A DNA stretch of 64,000 nucleotides, taken from Candidatus Melainabacteria bacterium 17Bon1m (GTDB lineage: Bacteria > Cyanobacteriota > Vampirovibrionia > Obscuribacterales > Obscuribacteraceae). Shown piece by piece: positions 9,528 to 19,873 of this stretch. Under the pieces are notes generated by a model, which saw only the letters and a program-made list of their open reading frames with translations, did not search any database and had not been told where the DNA came from. The stretch spans positions 96,001 to 160,000 of the forward strand of contig JAVLKG010000008.1 in assembly GCA_032128875.1 (NCBI GenBank), written 5' to 3'. Position numbers and translations under genes: made by a program. How positions within the stretch are numbered: position 1 is the stretch's first letter; each line of letters begins with the position of its first letter.

Positions 9528-10037
9528 ATGAGACAAGTGAAGTTCATCGCCACGGCGCTCGTCGTGGCACTTTCGACCATTGCCACTCCCGCTGCCTTGG
9601 CTGCGGACAATATGGACATCACGATTGAGGTGGGTAAACCCCTCAAATACCTGAAGCCCATCACCGACGACAAGCCCGCGAAGCTCAACGGCATCGCGGA
9701 TTTGACGAAGGACGGCAAGGTCAAGAAGCCCAACTTCGAGCCATTCACAGTGGCGAAGAAGACAATCACCGGAACCAACTATTCGACGAAACCCGGCGAC
9801 TTCATCATCGCCGAAAAAGGCTCCTACGTATGGGCCGAGAAAGGCTCGCACGTCGAAGCGATGGCTGGTTCCGTCGTCATCGCCATGGGTGGAACAGTCA
9901 CTGCCCATGCCGGTTCGCGCGTTGATGCGTATGACGGCAGCAAAGTCATCGCCAAATCGGGTTCTACCGTCGTTACGGAGAACGCGTCGTTGGTGACGGC
10001 TGAGCCCGGCGCCACAGTGATTGTCGAAATCGAATAG
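9528..10037 (+). CDS. Secreted protein with approx. 8-residue VxAxxGS repeats (beta-solenoid-like)
   Basis: Signal peptide MRQVKFIATALVVALS..AALA; repeats VWAEKGS/VEAMAGS/VTAHAGS/VDAYDGS/VIAKSGS. Confidence 0.8.
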   Translation: MRQVKFIATALVVALSTIATPAALAADNMDITIEVGKPLKYLKPITDDKPAKLNGIADLTKDGKVKKPNFEPFTVAKKTITGTNYSTKPGDFIIAEKGSYVWAEKGSHVEAMAGSVVIAMGGTVTAHAGSRVDAYDGSKVIAKSGSTVVTENASLVTAEPGATVIVEIE

Positions 10038-10095
10038 GGCACGGCAACAACTTTAGCCCGGTGCAATTCCGCACCGGTTTGAAAAGGAGCAATCC

Positions 10096-10323
10096 ATGCG
10101 TCTTGAAGTCACACCGAAGGAACCCTGGCACATCCGCATCAAGGATAACGGCAAGGTCGTCCTCGACAAGGTCCTCGAAGCCGGCGTCGCCCACGTCGTC
10201 GAAACCGCAGCGCCCGCATGCGGCACGACCGAAGCGTTTCTCGTCGAAGGCGACGATGAGATGCTGATCGGCAGCGCCGAGTACGGTGCGTGCCCGGACG
10301 AAGGCGAACAGGCGAAGTCCTGA
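10096..10323 (+). CDS. Small acidic hypothetical protein
   Basis: AAGGAG RBS; codon bias. Confidence 0.7.
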   Translation: MRLEVTPKEPWHIRIKDNGKVVLDKVLEAGVAHVVETAAPACGTTEAFLVEGDDEMLIGSAEYGACPDEGEQAKS

Positions 10324-10622
10324 CGCTCTGAGATAGCGGCGCTCTAGAATTCATTCTGGACGTCGTCGCCTCTCTCAAGGGGCAGGGGATGTGGTCTAAC
10401 AGCCATGTCCCCTGCTTCTTCTGGCTGTCTTCAAAGGAAAGGCACATGCGTGTGCTTTTCCTTTGCAGACACTCCGTCTGCAGGAGATGCCCAGAGCATC
10501 TTCTTTCCGCGGGTTACTGACTGCTCCAACAGCAATGAAAAAAACATTGGGGTATTGAGGAATCCGCACATCACCACCGGAATGCTGCAGTAATGCACGC
10601 ATTCCCAAGCAAGGATGAAACT

Positions 10623-11018
10623 ATGTCCTTCAAGTGCGGTTGGCAGGCAGGCGGCTTCTTCGCCGTCTACATCGGCGTTATCGCCTTCGTGATTCGCATC
10701 ATCTTCGGCGACCACACGCTGGCACAAGCAGGAACCGAAGCGTTGACGGTCGGGCTCTACAGCGCGACCCTCTACACGCTCGGGTACTACCTCGGCGGCG
10801 CGATCTTCGAGCTGCGGTATCTGCTCTTCATCGTCGCCGGAGCGGTCGGCATGTGGCTCCTCGGCGACCACATGAATGCCGTCTACGCGGCAAGCTTCAC
10901 GTCCACGTTCTTCCTGGCGGTCTACACCGGGTTGGCGGGGCTGATGGCTTTCCTCGGCGTCGACGACCAACATGGCGAAGCCTACATGAACTGGCTGGCT
11001 GCGAACGACATGCTCTAA
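10623..11018 (+). CDS. Small integral membrane protein (approx. 4 TM)
   Basis: AAGGA RBS; hydrophobic segments. Confidence 0.75.
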   Translation: MSFKCGWQAGGFFAVYIGVIAFVIRIIFGDHTLAQAGTEALTVGLYSATLYTLGYYLGGAIFELRYLLFIVAGAVGMWLLGDHMNAVYAASFTSTFFLAVYTGLAGLMAFLGVDDQHGEAYMNWLAANDML

Positions 11019-11171
11019 GCATGTGAGCGGCAGTTAGTTTGTGGGGAAACGGTTGGACTGGAGAAGCTCATCAAGAGCTCGTCTTCACTCCACCGTTTCT
11101 TTTTCAAAAACCGCAATGACATGCCATAGTAGAACCTTGAAAAAGGAGATATAGATGGATGAAAGTGGCGT

Positions 11172-11675
11172 TTATTTCTTGCGCTTGTAGTTGGCGGACA
11201 TGATTTGCGTCCACTTACCATCCGCACCTTGCAAACGCGAACGCAGAATGCGATTGTCGTCGTCGACAATCTCGATAATGTCCTGATAGTTCAGCTCTTT
11301 GCCTTCGTTTTCAAAGTCAGGTCCTACGGTGCTCAATGTCAAAACCTTCTTGTCTGCATCGAGTTCACCCTGATAGACCCACATGTTGGTCATCATCGAA
11401 CCAACCCAACTGCCCACAAAGTGCTTCTTCTTCGGGTCGTATCCGAGAGTCATTCTAGTCAGACCTGAACCCTCAGGCGACTTCATCTCACCCTCAGCGA
11501 TCATCCAGAAGTCACCAACTGCTCGAACTGTTTCATGTCCAGTGCTCTTGCTGGCCGGTTGCTCAGGACCCATATGGCATTCGCCTTCAATAGTCCAATC
11601 GCCGACCAGCTTCAACAGCCACTTGTGCTCCTCTTCCGGCTGCGGCGGCGTCCACTTCTTTTCTTCATCAGCCAT
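11172..11675 (-). CDS. DUF1579-family protein
   Basis: PQPEEEHKWLLKLVGDW..MTLGYDPKKKHFVGSWVGSM signature. Confidence 0.85.
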   Translation of the reverse strand: MADEEKKWTPPQPEEEHKWLLKLVGDWTIEGECHMGPEQPASKSTGHETVRAVGDFWMIAEGEMKSPEGSGLTRMTLGYDPKKKHFVGSWVGSMMTNMWVYQGELDADKKVLTLSTVGPDFENEGKELNYQDIIEIVDDDNRILRSRLQGADGKWTQIMSANYKRKK

Positions 11676-11979
11676 GTCGGGTACCTCGTGATGTCATTCG
11701 CGAACCGCATATAATCGCGGTTTCAACAGGTTATCTCTTTCAGAACAGGGAGTCCAAACGTTCATTCTATCCGCCTGAAAGTTGGCGAAAGTCATTAGGG
11801 CGAGCCAAGTTTACGAAGGTTTTCTTCGCGAACCTTTCCCACCCTCTGCTACTGCGCATAGTACAAATATGTTTTAAAGGAAACGAGCCTGGCATCACGA
11901 TTGCCGAAGCAATTGCAATGACCAGGTCGTTTCCAAAACTCAACTCGAACGCGTTCGACAGTTACAACGCGTTCAAAAC

Positions 11980-12912
11980 CTATAGCGCGTTCGACATCTC
12001 GTAGAGATCGTCGGCGAGCTTTTCGATCTTGGCGCGGTCAGCGACCTTTGCCAGCCACTGCGCGGGAATCGCATCGACACCCAGATAAGCGCCGGCGATC
12101 TGACCGTAGATGGCTGCCGTCGTATCCGCATCGTCGCCGAGATTGGCGGCGAGCAGACAGCCGGTTTTGAAGTCGTCCGATTTGTAGAATGCCCACAAAG
12201 CGGCTTCCAGAGCCTTCGCCGCGTAGCCGCTGCCTTTGATTGTCGGCGGCTCGTTCGTCTTGAACGAACCACCAGCAATCTCGGCAATCTCCTTGCACAG
12301 CGGGAACTTGTCCCAGTAGCCAGGCTCCGGACCGTAGTTGGCGCCGAGGAGAGTTTCCTTGCTCTCGCCGTTGAGCGCCCCAACGATAATCGCTGCCATG
12401 TAGCGGCAAGCGTCGACGGCGACGGTGGCACCATGAGTGGTGCGCGAACTTTCTGCGGACTTCTCGACAGCGTTGGCGGCGTCATTGAAGTACACCAGCG
12501 GAACTGGCGCCAAGCGCATGATCGAGCCGTTGCCGGCCGTGTACGGATCGGTAGAACCGGCGTACGGATTGCTGCCGTTTTTCTCGAATTTGGCGAGCGC
12601 TGCGCTGACGGTATTGCCGATGTCGAAGCATTCGCCGTTGCTGCTCATGTAGCCTTCGCGCCACCAGCGAACGTAGCGTTCCATCTGGTCTTTGGCGTCG
12701 AAGCCGAAACACTCGATAAGGCTAGCCGCCAGGCAAAGCGCCATCGAGGTGTCGTCAGTCCATTCGCCGGCCTTGAGTTTGAACGGACCGCCGCCGACCA
12801 TGTCGGAGATGGGTTCGAACGTGCCGGGCGGCATGAACTCGAGCGTGGTGCCTACCGCATCGCATGCAGCAAGACCAAGCATTGCACCGCGGAATCGTTT
12901 CTTTAGACGCAT
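11980..12912 (-). CDS. ADP-ribosylglycohydrolase (DraG/ARH family)
   Basis: GLAACDAVG, WTDDTSM, AGNGSIMR, GDDADTTAAIYGQIAGA. Confidence 0.95.
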   Translation of the reverse strand: MRLKKRFRGAMLGLAACDAVGTTLEFMPPGTFEPISDMVGGGPFKLKAGEWTDDTSMALCLAASLIECFGFDAKDQMERYVRWWREGYMSSNGECFDIGNTVSAALAKFEKNGSNPYAGSTDPYTAGNGSIMRLAPVPLVYFNDAANAVEKSAESSRTTHGATVAVDACRYMAAIIVGALNGESKETLLGANYGPEPGYWDKFPLCKEIAEIAGGSFKTNEPPTIKGSGYAAKALEAALWAFYKSDDFKTGCLLAANLGDDADTTAAIYGQIAGAYLGVDAIPAQWLAKVADRAKIEKLADDLYEMSNAL

Positions 12913-13123
12913 TGATTCATCCCTGATTCAATTGGTTTGCGTTTCGGGTGAGGTTGGCCCAAAGCGTTTGCGCGACGCACCAATTATGGCAGATGCGTCA
13001 TGCGAACGAGTGGGGATTGCGACAGGGAGCGGACCTCCAGATGGAATCCATCGCACCGCATTGCTGCAGCGCAACTTCATCCACTTTCGAGATCCGCTCC
13101 CGCGCAATGATGTCCAGTGCTGA

Positions 13124-14173
13124 TTACTCAGCAGCGACCGGCTGAGCAGGCGTCGCAGCCTGGAACGCCTTCTTATCCTCTTCCGTGAGGAGAGTGAAAG
13201 CGGGGTCGGACAGGAAGCGAACCGGCATAATCGGATCGAGCATGCCGGTGCCAAGGCCGAGCAGACCCGTTCCGTAGCGGTTGGTCTTCACGCCGAGGCG
13301 GGCGTACAGCTCCAGGCATGCGCCGATGCAGGTCCAGTGACTGGCTGCGCGGCGGCCGGTGAAAAGACCGAACCAGTCGTAACCGGTGACGGTCAGCTTG
13401 CTCTTGATCCAGTTTTTCGCGAAGCCAGGCAGCGGAACATACCGCAGCACCTTGTCGCGCGTAGCACGAGCTTCCTGACGCCAGCGGTCGTTCTCCTTGA
13501 GCATGACGCGGCAGAGCTTCGGCATCAGCTCGAGCTCTTCGGCAGTGAGCGGATGATTGAGCCGCATGACCACGTAGTGACCGCGGCTTTCCGGCTTGCG
13601 CGTAAGAACCTCGACGCGGTTGAACACCGTGCCGTGTTCCATATACGAGCTGAAAGCCATGAGCTTGCCGTCTTCCTGCAGCACCACCACTTCGCCGTGA
13701 CCAACCGATTCATGCAAGCGAGTGGCGATGCGGCCGGAGGTGAGGATGAGGTCGCCGGGGCGCAGCACTTCCTTGGGTGGGTTGATCCAGGTGCCCTTCG
13801 GCAGCGGTCCGTGCCCCTTAGTCATGTACTGCTTGCGGTTGCGCCGGTAGAGCGCATAGACACCGCCCCAAGCGAGAAGCTCGGCTACGGCAGCGATGAG
13901 AATCGACTGCGAATCGGTGCTGTAAACCGCCAGACCCGCCAGCGCCAAACCTGTCCACATGGGCAGGAGCACCTTGAGGCGGGAGAAAAGATCGAAGTAG
14001 GTCGTGAACAGCTGGCGCATGCCGAGCACCGTGAGGGCGAGCCAGAAACCGCTCACCGCCAGGCAACTCAGACTAAACTCCCAGCTCAGACCACCGTGGA
14101 ACCACAGCCAGGTCATGTAGCCCAACAGAATGTAGGACGACTGACCAGCGAACTTCATGATGCGATAGAACAT
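13124..14173 (-). CDS. Membrane protein with a permuted NlpC/P60 (YiiX-like) papain-fold domain
   Basis: 3-4 N-terminal TM helices; LRPGDLIL, GHGEVV (His), YDW, WTCIG (Cys), PIMP. Confidence 0.7.
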   Translation of the reverse strand: MFYRIMKFAGQSSYILLGYMTWLWFHGGLSWEFSLSCLAVSGFWLALTVLGMRQLFTTYFDLFSRLKVLLPMWTGLALAGLAVYSTDSQSILIAAVAELLAWGGVYALYRRNRKQYMTKGHGPLPKGTWINPPKEVLRPGDLILTSGRIATRLHESVGHGEVVVLQEDGKLMAFSSYMEHGTVFNRVEVLTRKPESRGHYVVMRLNHPLTAEELELMPKLCRVMLKENDRWRQEARATRDKVLRYVPLPGFAKNWIKSKLTVTGYDWFGLFTGRRAASHWTCIGACLELYARLGVKTNRYGTGLLGLGTGMLDPIMPVRFLSDPAFTLLTEEDKKAFQAATPAQPVAAE

Positions 14174-14378
14174 AGGAAACTTCTTCCTGCGCTTTCGCGC
14201 GTTTGTTTAGCAGAGTGGCGGAGCGCCGCTCTGCAAGGAAACACACATAGATTCGTGGCGTTCCTTTGTTTTGAACCTCAGGCAGGGCGACACCGCATTC
14301 GGTGCAACCCTTATGCGTGACAAGGAAAAGGGCAGCGGTTTTGACCGCTGCCCTTGCCTCAAACTATTGATTCATCAC

Positions 14379-14403
14379 GGTCGACGCATGGCGTCGACCC
14401 TAC
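14379..14403 (-). repeat. GTAG-type REP palindrome
   Basis: Reverse strand reads GTAGGGTCGACGCCATGCGTCGACC. Confidence 0.65.
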
Positions 14404-14431
14404 AAATAAGCGCTCGCGTCCCTGCGACTGT

Positions 14432-15259
14432 TTACCTTGCGACCCAGCCGCCGTCCATCACCATCGTTTGACCGGTGATGTTAGCTGCCGCAGGTCCGGC
14501 AAGGAAAACAGCCATTTCGCCGATTTGATCGACCTCGGTGAAGCGCTTGCTAGGTTGCTTTTCTTCGAGCAGTTTCACTGTTGCTTCTTCAATCGAGATG
14601 CCGTTCTTCGCAGCGAGCGCCTCAATCTGTTTCTCCACAAGCGGGGTGCGAACCCAGCCCGGGCAGATGGCGTTGGCAGTGATGCCGTTTTCTGCATTCT
14701 CGAGCGCCACCACTTTGGTGAGCCCGACAATGCCGTGCTTGGCGGCGACGTAAGCAGCCTTCTCGGCTGAGGCAACCAAACCGTGCACGGACGCGATATT
14801 GATGATGCGCCCGAATCCGCCTTCCTTCATCTTAGGCAGCGCCGCCTTCATGGCATGAAATGCTGCGCTCAGATTGATGGCGATGATTTGATCCCACTTC
14901 TCGGCCGGGAAGTCTTCGAGGCGGGAAGTATGCTGGATGCCGGCATTATTGACGAGAATGTCTACGCCGCCGAACAAGTCGGAGGCGTAGTCGATCATGT
15001 CGACGATGTCGGCAGGATTTTGCATGTTGGCGGCGTGGTACTGAACCTCGACACCATGCTCATCGGCGAGTGCCTGGCGAGTCTTTTCGACCTCAGCCGC
15101 ATCACCCAGTCCGTTGAGCAAAACTGAAGCACCGTTTCTGGCGAACGCCTTGGCGATCCCCAGACCAATGCCGCTCGTGGAGCCGGTGACAATCGCCACC
15201 TTGCCTGCAAGCGGACGCGTGTCCGTCGTGGACTTCGCTGCTTTGGTTTTGCGTGCCAT
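14432..15259 (-). CDS. bdhA: 3-hydroxybutyrate dehydrogenase (SDR)
   Basis: TGSTSGIG, NNAGIQH, SVHGLVASAEKAAYVAAKHG, ICPGWVRTPLVEKQI, LLEEKQPS. Confidence 0.93.
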   Translation of the reverse strand: MARKTKAAKSTTDTRPLAGKVAIVTGSTSGIGLGIAKAFARNGASVLLNGLGDAAEVEKTRQALADEHGVEVQYHAANMQNPADIVDMIDYASDLFGGVDILVNNAGIQHTSRLEDFPAEKWDQIIAINLSAAFHAMKAALPKMKEGGFGRIINIASVHGLVASAEKAAYVAAKHGIVGLTKVVALENAENGITANAICPGWVRTPLVEKQIEALAAKNGISIEEATVKLLEEKQPSKRFTEVDQIGEMAVFLAGPAAANITGQTMVMDGGWVAR

Positions 15260-15452
15260 TTCAGTCTCTCTATCTGATGTTTGAACCATGACTTACCTGC
15301 TCAAAGGAAAAAACTCTTGCCTCGCGACATGGAGTCGCGGCTGCGATGACCTTGCGAGTTAATCGCAGCAAGCATACGCTTTAATTTTGCGGTCACTATG
15401 AACCGCGCGTTTGCTTTTGGCAAGAGTTTCTATTTAAGCGGGCGTCACCATC

Positions 15453-16331
15453 TCACTGAGCAGCCGCCTCGGTTTCCGGCTTGGGAAGCCGTCCTTTGGC
15501 GATCGCATCGGTGAGAACCGAATGTGCGGTTTTGTAACCATCCGCGATCATTCGTTCGCACGTTTCAGCAGAGACACCGAAATTCAAACCCGCCACATCC
15601 GGCAGACCGCAATCGACAACGATGTGCAGATTGGGGTCGACGACACGCCGATGTCCGGCGATCGGGAAGTAGAGCTCGCGCATGTGGAAGTACCAATCGA
15701 TCGGATACTTCACTTCACGCGGAAGTTCAGAGGCAGGCTTGAGCGTGCTCACGATGGCAGGTGCCGTCGAGAAACACGTCGGGTTGTAGTGGAAGAGCGC
15801 GCCGTCGGCGAGAAGCCGCATGCGAGCCCCGTCTTGATACCACTTCGGGCGCAGCACCGAAGGCAACGCGCAAGAAGCGGTGAGCGCAGTAGCCAGATCG
15901 TAATCTTCACCTTCGAAGACCACGGGCTCCTGAGCGATAAGGTCGAACGCAACGATCTTGAGCTGCTTATTCGGCTTGAGACCGAACTCGCGGACCATCT
16001 CGCGCATCGGCTGAGTGAGGTCCACCGGACCACCAATCATGACCGAGAGCGGGTCGCCCCAGGAAAGAGCGCTGATGATCATGCCCATGTTCATGCGGTT
16101 GCCCAGCCCCCGGTGGAAAACGCGCGTCAATTCCTCGACGCCGTAACCATTGGTGACAAAGGCAGCGATGATGGAGCCGACCGAGGCACCAGTAACGGTG
16201 CCAACGGGAATACCCAGCTCCTCAATTACCTTCCAGACTCCGATGTGTCCAAAGCCCTTAACGCCGCCGGCGCCAAGAACAACGTCTACTCGTTCGCCCG
16301 GTTGGCGAGACTTGTTTGTGCAAGTAACCAT
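15453..16331 (-). CDS. Patatin-like phospholipase/esterase
   Basis: LGAGGVKG, GASVG nucleophile elbow, ADGA; AAGGAG RBS before ATG 16331. Confidence 0.9.
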   Translation of the reverse strand: MVTCTNKSRQPGERVDVVLGAGGVKGFGHIGVWKVIEELGIPVGTVTGASVGSIIAAFVTNGYGVEELTRVFHRGLGNRMNMGMIISALSWGDPLSVMIGGPVDLTQPMREMVREFGLKPNKQLKIVAFDLIAQEPVVFEGEDYDLATALTASCALPSVLRPKWYQDGARMRLLADGALFHYNPTCFSTAPAIVSTLKPASELPREVKYPIDWYFHMRELYFPIAGHRRVVDPNLHIVVDCGLPDVAGLNFGVSAETCERMIADGYKTAHSVLTDAIAKGRLPKPETEAAAQ

Positions 16332-16451
16332 GTAGATCTCCTTTCGGATTCTAGTGATTAGATTCAAGGGTAACGGGCAATTATTGAGCCTCCTTCTACC
16401 CTGACTATTTGCAAGAAAACGCACGCACGAACACCATTGTCCGCGCGTGCG

Positions 16452-16475
16452 GTAGGGGCGGCATTAATGCCGCCC
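16452..16475 (+). repeat. GTAG-type REP palindrome
   Basis: GTAGGGGCGGCATTAATGCCGCCC. Confidence 0.6.
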
Positions 16476-16544
16476 GCCGATGCCTTAGGAAAAGCAGGCG
16501 AGCCGCCTGCGGTTCCCCTAAACGAGAGAGAAAGAGACAGCGCC

Positions 16545-17915
16545 TCAGTACAGCGTGCGCTCCGTGAAGTTGAAACCGGTCACTTTCAGTGCCGGCATCA
16601 CAGCCGTCGGCGCTTCCTCACCGGAGGTACGACCCTCGGCAGACAGAGCCTGAATGCTGTTCAGCATCTCGATGATGCTGACATTGAAGCGCATGTTCTT
16701 GATGCCGCACTTCACCTTGCCGTTCTCGATGAGGAATGTGCCGTCCTGAGTCAGTCCGGTGATCAGCATCGTGGTCGGGTCGACTTCGCGGACATACCAG
16801 ACGCGCGTGACGAGAATGCCGCGGTCAGTGGATTTGATCATCTCCTCCACGGACGAGTCGCCGCCCTTCATCACCATGTTCATCGGGTAGTCCCCCATGG
16901 CGCTCGGCTCGGAGAGCCCGTGTCCGGTGCATTCGCACTTGAGCGCCTTGGCGCTGCGACGACCGTACACGAAATTCTTCACCACGCCATCTTCGACAAG
17001 AGCCAGGCTCTGTCGCGGCAGACCTTCACCGTCGAACGGCTGACCCGACTGATCCTTGTGATTGACGTCATCCCAGAAGGTGACGTTCTCACCGAAGACC
17101 TTCTTGCCGAGCTTGCCGAGCAAGCACGACAATTTGTCGACATGGCTCGTGCCGGCGAACGCGTACCAGAGCTGCCCGATCATATCGAGTGCAGCAGCCG
17201 GTTCGAGAATCACCGTGTACTTGCCGGGGTCGACTTCCTGCGGGTTGGCTGACAAGGCAGCTTTGGCAGCGGCTGTCTCTGCGAGTTGCTGCACGTCGAT
17301 ATCCGACGCTTTCACCGCTTGAGCTTTCACCCAGCCGGACGAGTCAGGCGCTGTCATCGTGATCGAGCACTCCGCCGAGGTTTCGCGGTGGTACACGAAG
17401 TGTCCCGCCGAGTTGCCGAGCGCGGAGTATGTCTCACCAGACGCATAGACGCCTGACGCAATAAGCTTCTTGGCGTTGGCGACATCGATGACCTTGCGCA
17501 CTTCGCGAGCGCGGTCCATTGCCGACATCTTCGCCGTCTTGCTGTCGAATCGGCTCACTGCCTTAGTCTTCTTGCCAGCCCTGCCCGACTTGCCATTGGA
17601 CTTCGGCTTCACAATCGGCTGCAGGCCCTCGTCCTTTTCCAGGAGTTTGACCGCAACGATGGCGTTGTCGATCAGTGCCTTGACCGCTTTGTCGGTGAGG
17701 TCGTCACCGTTGAGCCGGGCCTGACGTCCCTTGAGAAGAACACGCACCGAAATCGCTTCGGTGGTCGGAGCCTGGTTTTGCGTCATGCCGTTTTGGGCGA
17801 AACGCGACGTGGCGATGTTCGAGCCGTTGATGGTCACTTCGATGCCGTCGACTTTGCGTCGAGCGTAGCGGATGGCGCCGTCGATGATCTTCTTTGCTTT
17901 TGCTTCGTTGATCAT
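16545..17915 (-). CDS. pmbA: TldE/PmbA-family protein
   Basis: PGKYTVILEP, PFDGEG, TGHG, TGLTQDG, NMRFN; no HExxxH; 4-nt overlap with tldD. Confidence 0.88.
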   Translation of the reverse strand: MINEAKAKKIIDGAIRYARRKVDGIEVTINGSNIATSRFAQNGMTQNQAPTTEAISVRVLLKGRQARLNGDDLTDKAVKALIDNAIVAVKLLEKDEGLQPIVKPKSNGKSGRAGKKTKAVSRFDSKTAKMSAMDRAREVRKVIDVANAKKLIASGVYASGETYSALGNSAGHFVYHRETSAECSITMTAPDSSGWVKAQAVKASDIDVQQLAETAAAKAALSANPQEVDPGKYTVILEPAAALDMIGQLWYAFAGTSHVDKLSCLLGKLGKKVFGENVTFWDDVNHKDQSGQPFDGEGLPRQSLALVEDGVVKNFVYGRRSAKALKCECTGHGLSEPSAMGDYPMNMVMKGGDSSVEEMIKSTDRGILVTRVWYVREVDPTTMLITGLTQDGTFLIENGKVKCGIKNMRFNVSIIEMLNSIQALSAEGRTSGEEAPTAVMPALKVTGFNFTERTLY

Positions 17916-19501
17916 TTCGCACCTCCTTGCGCATCGGATTTGCCATCGGCGGTTCCAGCGCCAGCCGAACCGGCACCAACCGAACCAGCACCAGCCGAAC
18001 CGGCGTCAGACTTGTTCGCATCTGACGTTTCCGCATTCGGCGTTTCCGCATCTGACGTGGCGATGCCCACTTGCACGTTACGGAAACGCGCGGGAGCAGC
18101 ACCGTGACCGGTCCACATGGTCTGCATCGGCTGACCTTTTCCGCAATTGGGAACGCCCCAATTGACGTACTCTTCGACCGAGCAGATGGCGTCGCACGAA
18201 TTCCAGAACTCAGGCGTGATGCCGCTGTAGCTGGGATTCTTGAACATGCGACCGAGCTTGCCGTCCTTAATCTCCCAGGCAGCCTCGCAACTGAACTGGA
18301 AGTTGTAGCGGCGCCCGTCTATGGACCACGACTTGTTGATGTCGAAGAGATAACCGTCCTTCGTGTCCTTGATCAGGTCCTCGAGACTGCCTGCATTGCC
18401 TGGCAGAAGCGAGATGTTGGTCATGCGAATGATCGGCGCATACGCGTAGGATTCGGCGCGCATGGCGCCGCCGGATTCACTGAGACCGACCAGGTGAGCG
18501 GTGTCACGCGAACTCAAGTAGCCCGCGAACATGCCTTCCTTGACCAGATACGTCCGCTTGGCGCGCACGCCCTCGTCGTCGAAGCCGAATGAACCAAGCC
18601 CCGTCGGCTCCGTCGCATCAGCAACGAGATTGACGAGGGGCGAGCCGTACTGCAGGTGCCCCAGCTTCTCGGGGGTGAGAAAGCTGAAACCGGCGAAGTT
18701 GATCTCCCAGCCAAGGGCACGATCGAGTTCGCTCGGGTGACCGCAGGACTCGTGAATCTGCAGTCCCAACTGGCTGCCCGTCAGGATGATGTCCTTCTTC
18801 TCCTTGGGCATGGAAGGCGCCGTCAGCAGTTGCACAGCCTCTTCGGCAATGCGCTGCGCATGGTCCTTGATGGGCCAGCGGTTGATGATTTCCCAGCCGG
18901 CGAGCTCGTACTGCCCACCGAATGAGTTCGGCCACGAACGCCGCTGGCGGTCATGGTCGTCTGTGGCATTGGCTTCGATACCGATGCCGGAGCGAATGCT
19001 CGTCTGCTTGATGCGGCTGCCTTCCGAAGACGCGAAGTATTTCTCCTCGCGAATGAAAGACAGAGAGCCGCCCGCCAGAGTCACGCCTTTGACGGCGAGC
19101 ATCACTTTGGCGCAGTCGAAGAGCAGTGCCAGCTTCTCTTCGGTCGAAACCGTGAACGGATCAACCAGATGCGGCGAAACCCACTCTGCGACGTAAGCCG
19201 GCTCGTGAGCCAGCTTGACGGGTTCGGCAAGGCAGGTCGCTGAGGCGCGAGCGACCTTGACTGCTTCCTTGACGGCTTTGGCAATCGCCTTCTTGGTCAG
19301 CGTCTGGGTTGAGGCAAAGCCCCAACCGCCACCGGCGATGACTCGAACACCGAGGCCGGAAGACGTGCCTTGATTGAACTCAGCAACAGTCAGGTCTTTG
19401 GTCTGAATGTGCTGATACTTTTGATCGATGATACGCACGTCAACGTAGGTAGCACCTTCGTGCTTACCGACGTCGAGCGCGTACTCAGCTAGTGACTTCA
19501 T
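17912..19501 (-). CDS. tldD: TldD metalloprotease
   Basis: HESCGHPSELDR, FDDEG, RMTN, NCGKGQPMQ; low-complexity C-terminal tail. Confidence 0.92.
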   Translation of the reverse strand: MKSLAEYALDVGKHEGATYVDVRIIDQKYQHIQTKDLTVAEFNQGTSSGLGVRVIAGGGWGFASTQTLTKKAIAKAVKEAVKVARASATCLAEPVKLAHEPAYVAEWVSPHLVDPFTVSTEEKLALLFDCAKVMLAVKGVTLAGGSLSFIREEKYFASSEGSRIKQTSIRSGIGIEANATDDHDRQRRSWPNSFGGQYELAGWEIINRWPIKDHAQRIAEEAVQLLTAPSMPKEKKDIILTGSQLGLQIHESCGHPSELDRALGWEINFAGFSFLTPEKLGHLQYGSPLVNLVADATEPTGLGSFGFDDEGVRAKRTYLVKEGMFAGYLSSRDTAHLVGLSESGGAMRAESYAYAPIIRMTNISLLPGNAGSLEDLIKDTKDGYLFDINKSWSIDGRRYNFQFSCEAAWEIKDGKLGRMFKNPSYSGITPEFWNSCDAICSVEEYVNWGVPNCGKGQPMQTMWTGHGAAPARFRNVQVGIATSDAETPNAETSDANKSDAGSAGAGSVGAGSAGAGTADGKSDAQGGAK

Positions 19502-19873
19502 GGGATACCTTCCTGTGCAATATGCACGCGAGCACCAATTACACCATGACGCGGGCAGCAAGTCTCGCTTGTAAACCAGGCGTGACAAGGCTTTGCACCG
19601 CGCAATCGTGAAACTTCTGCTGCTCGCTCGTAGATAGAACTTGCCGTGCATTGTGTACGACAAGGAACTTTCAAAAGCCCTTGCGCAGTTTCGATTCGTC
19701 GAGAACCGGCGCAAGGCATCGTCAACACTTCATCCAGACGCCCTAGAGTTCTGAGAACAATCAATTCGTGTGGTATCCGTCCTCTCTCGAGGAATCTAGG
19801 TATAAGTGGAGACGAGCACGAATAGTTAGTTTACGGAAATTACTTGGGGCTGGAAGAAATGAGGAGTGTTTAA

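Noticed and set aside
19502-19714. N-terminal extensions in the ORF track (tldD here; likewise 2367, 5478, 9309, 53539, 54547, 59512, 60992)
   Set aside because: Homology and RBS support the downstream ATGs; the extensions mostly run through structured leaders.
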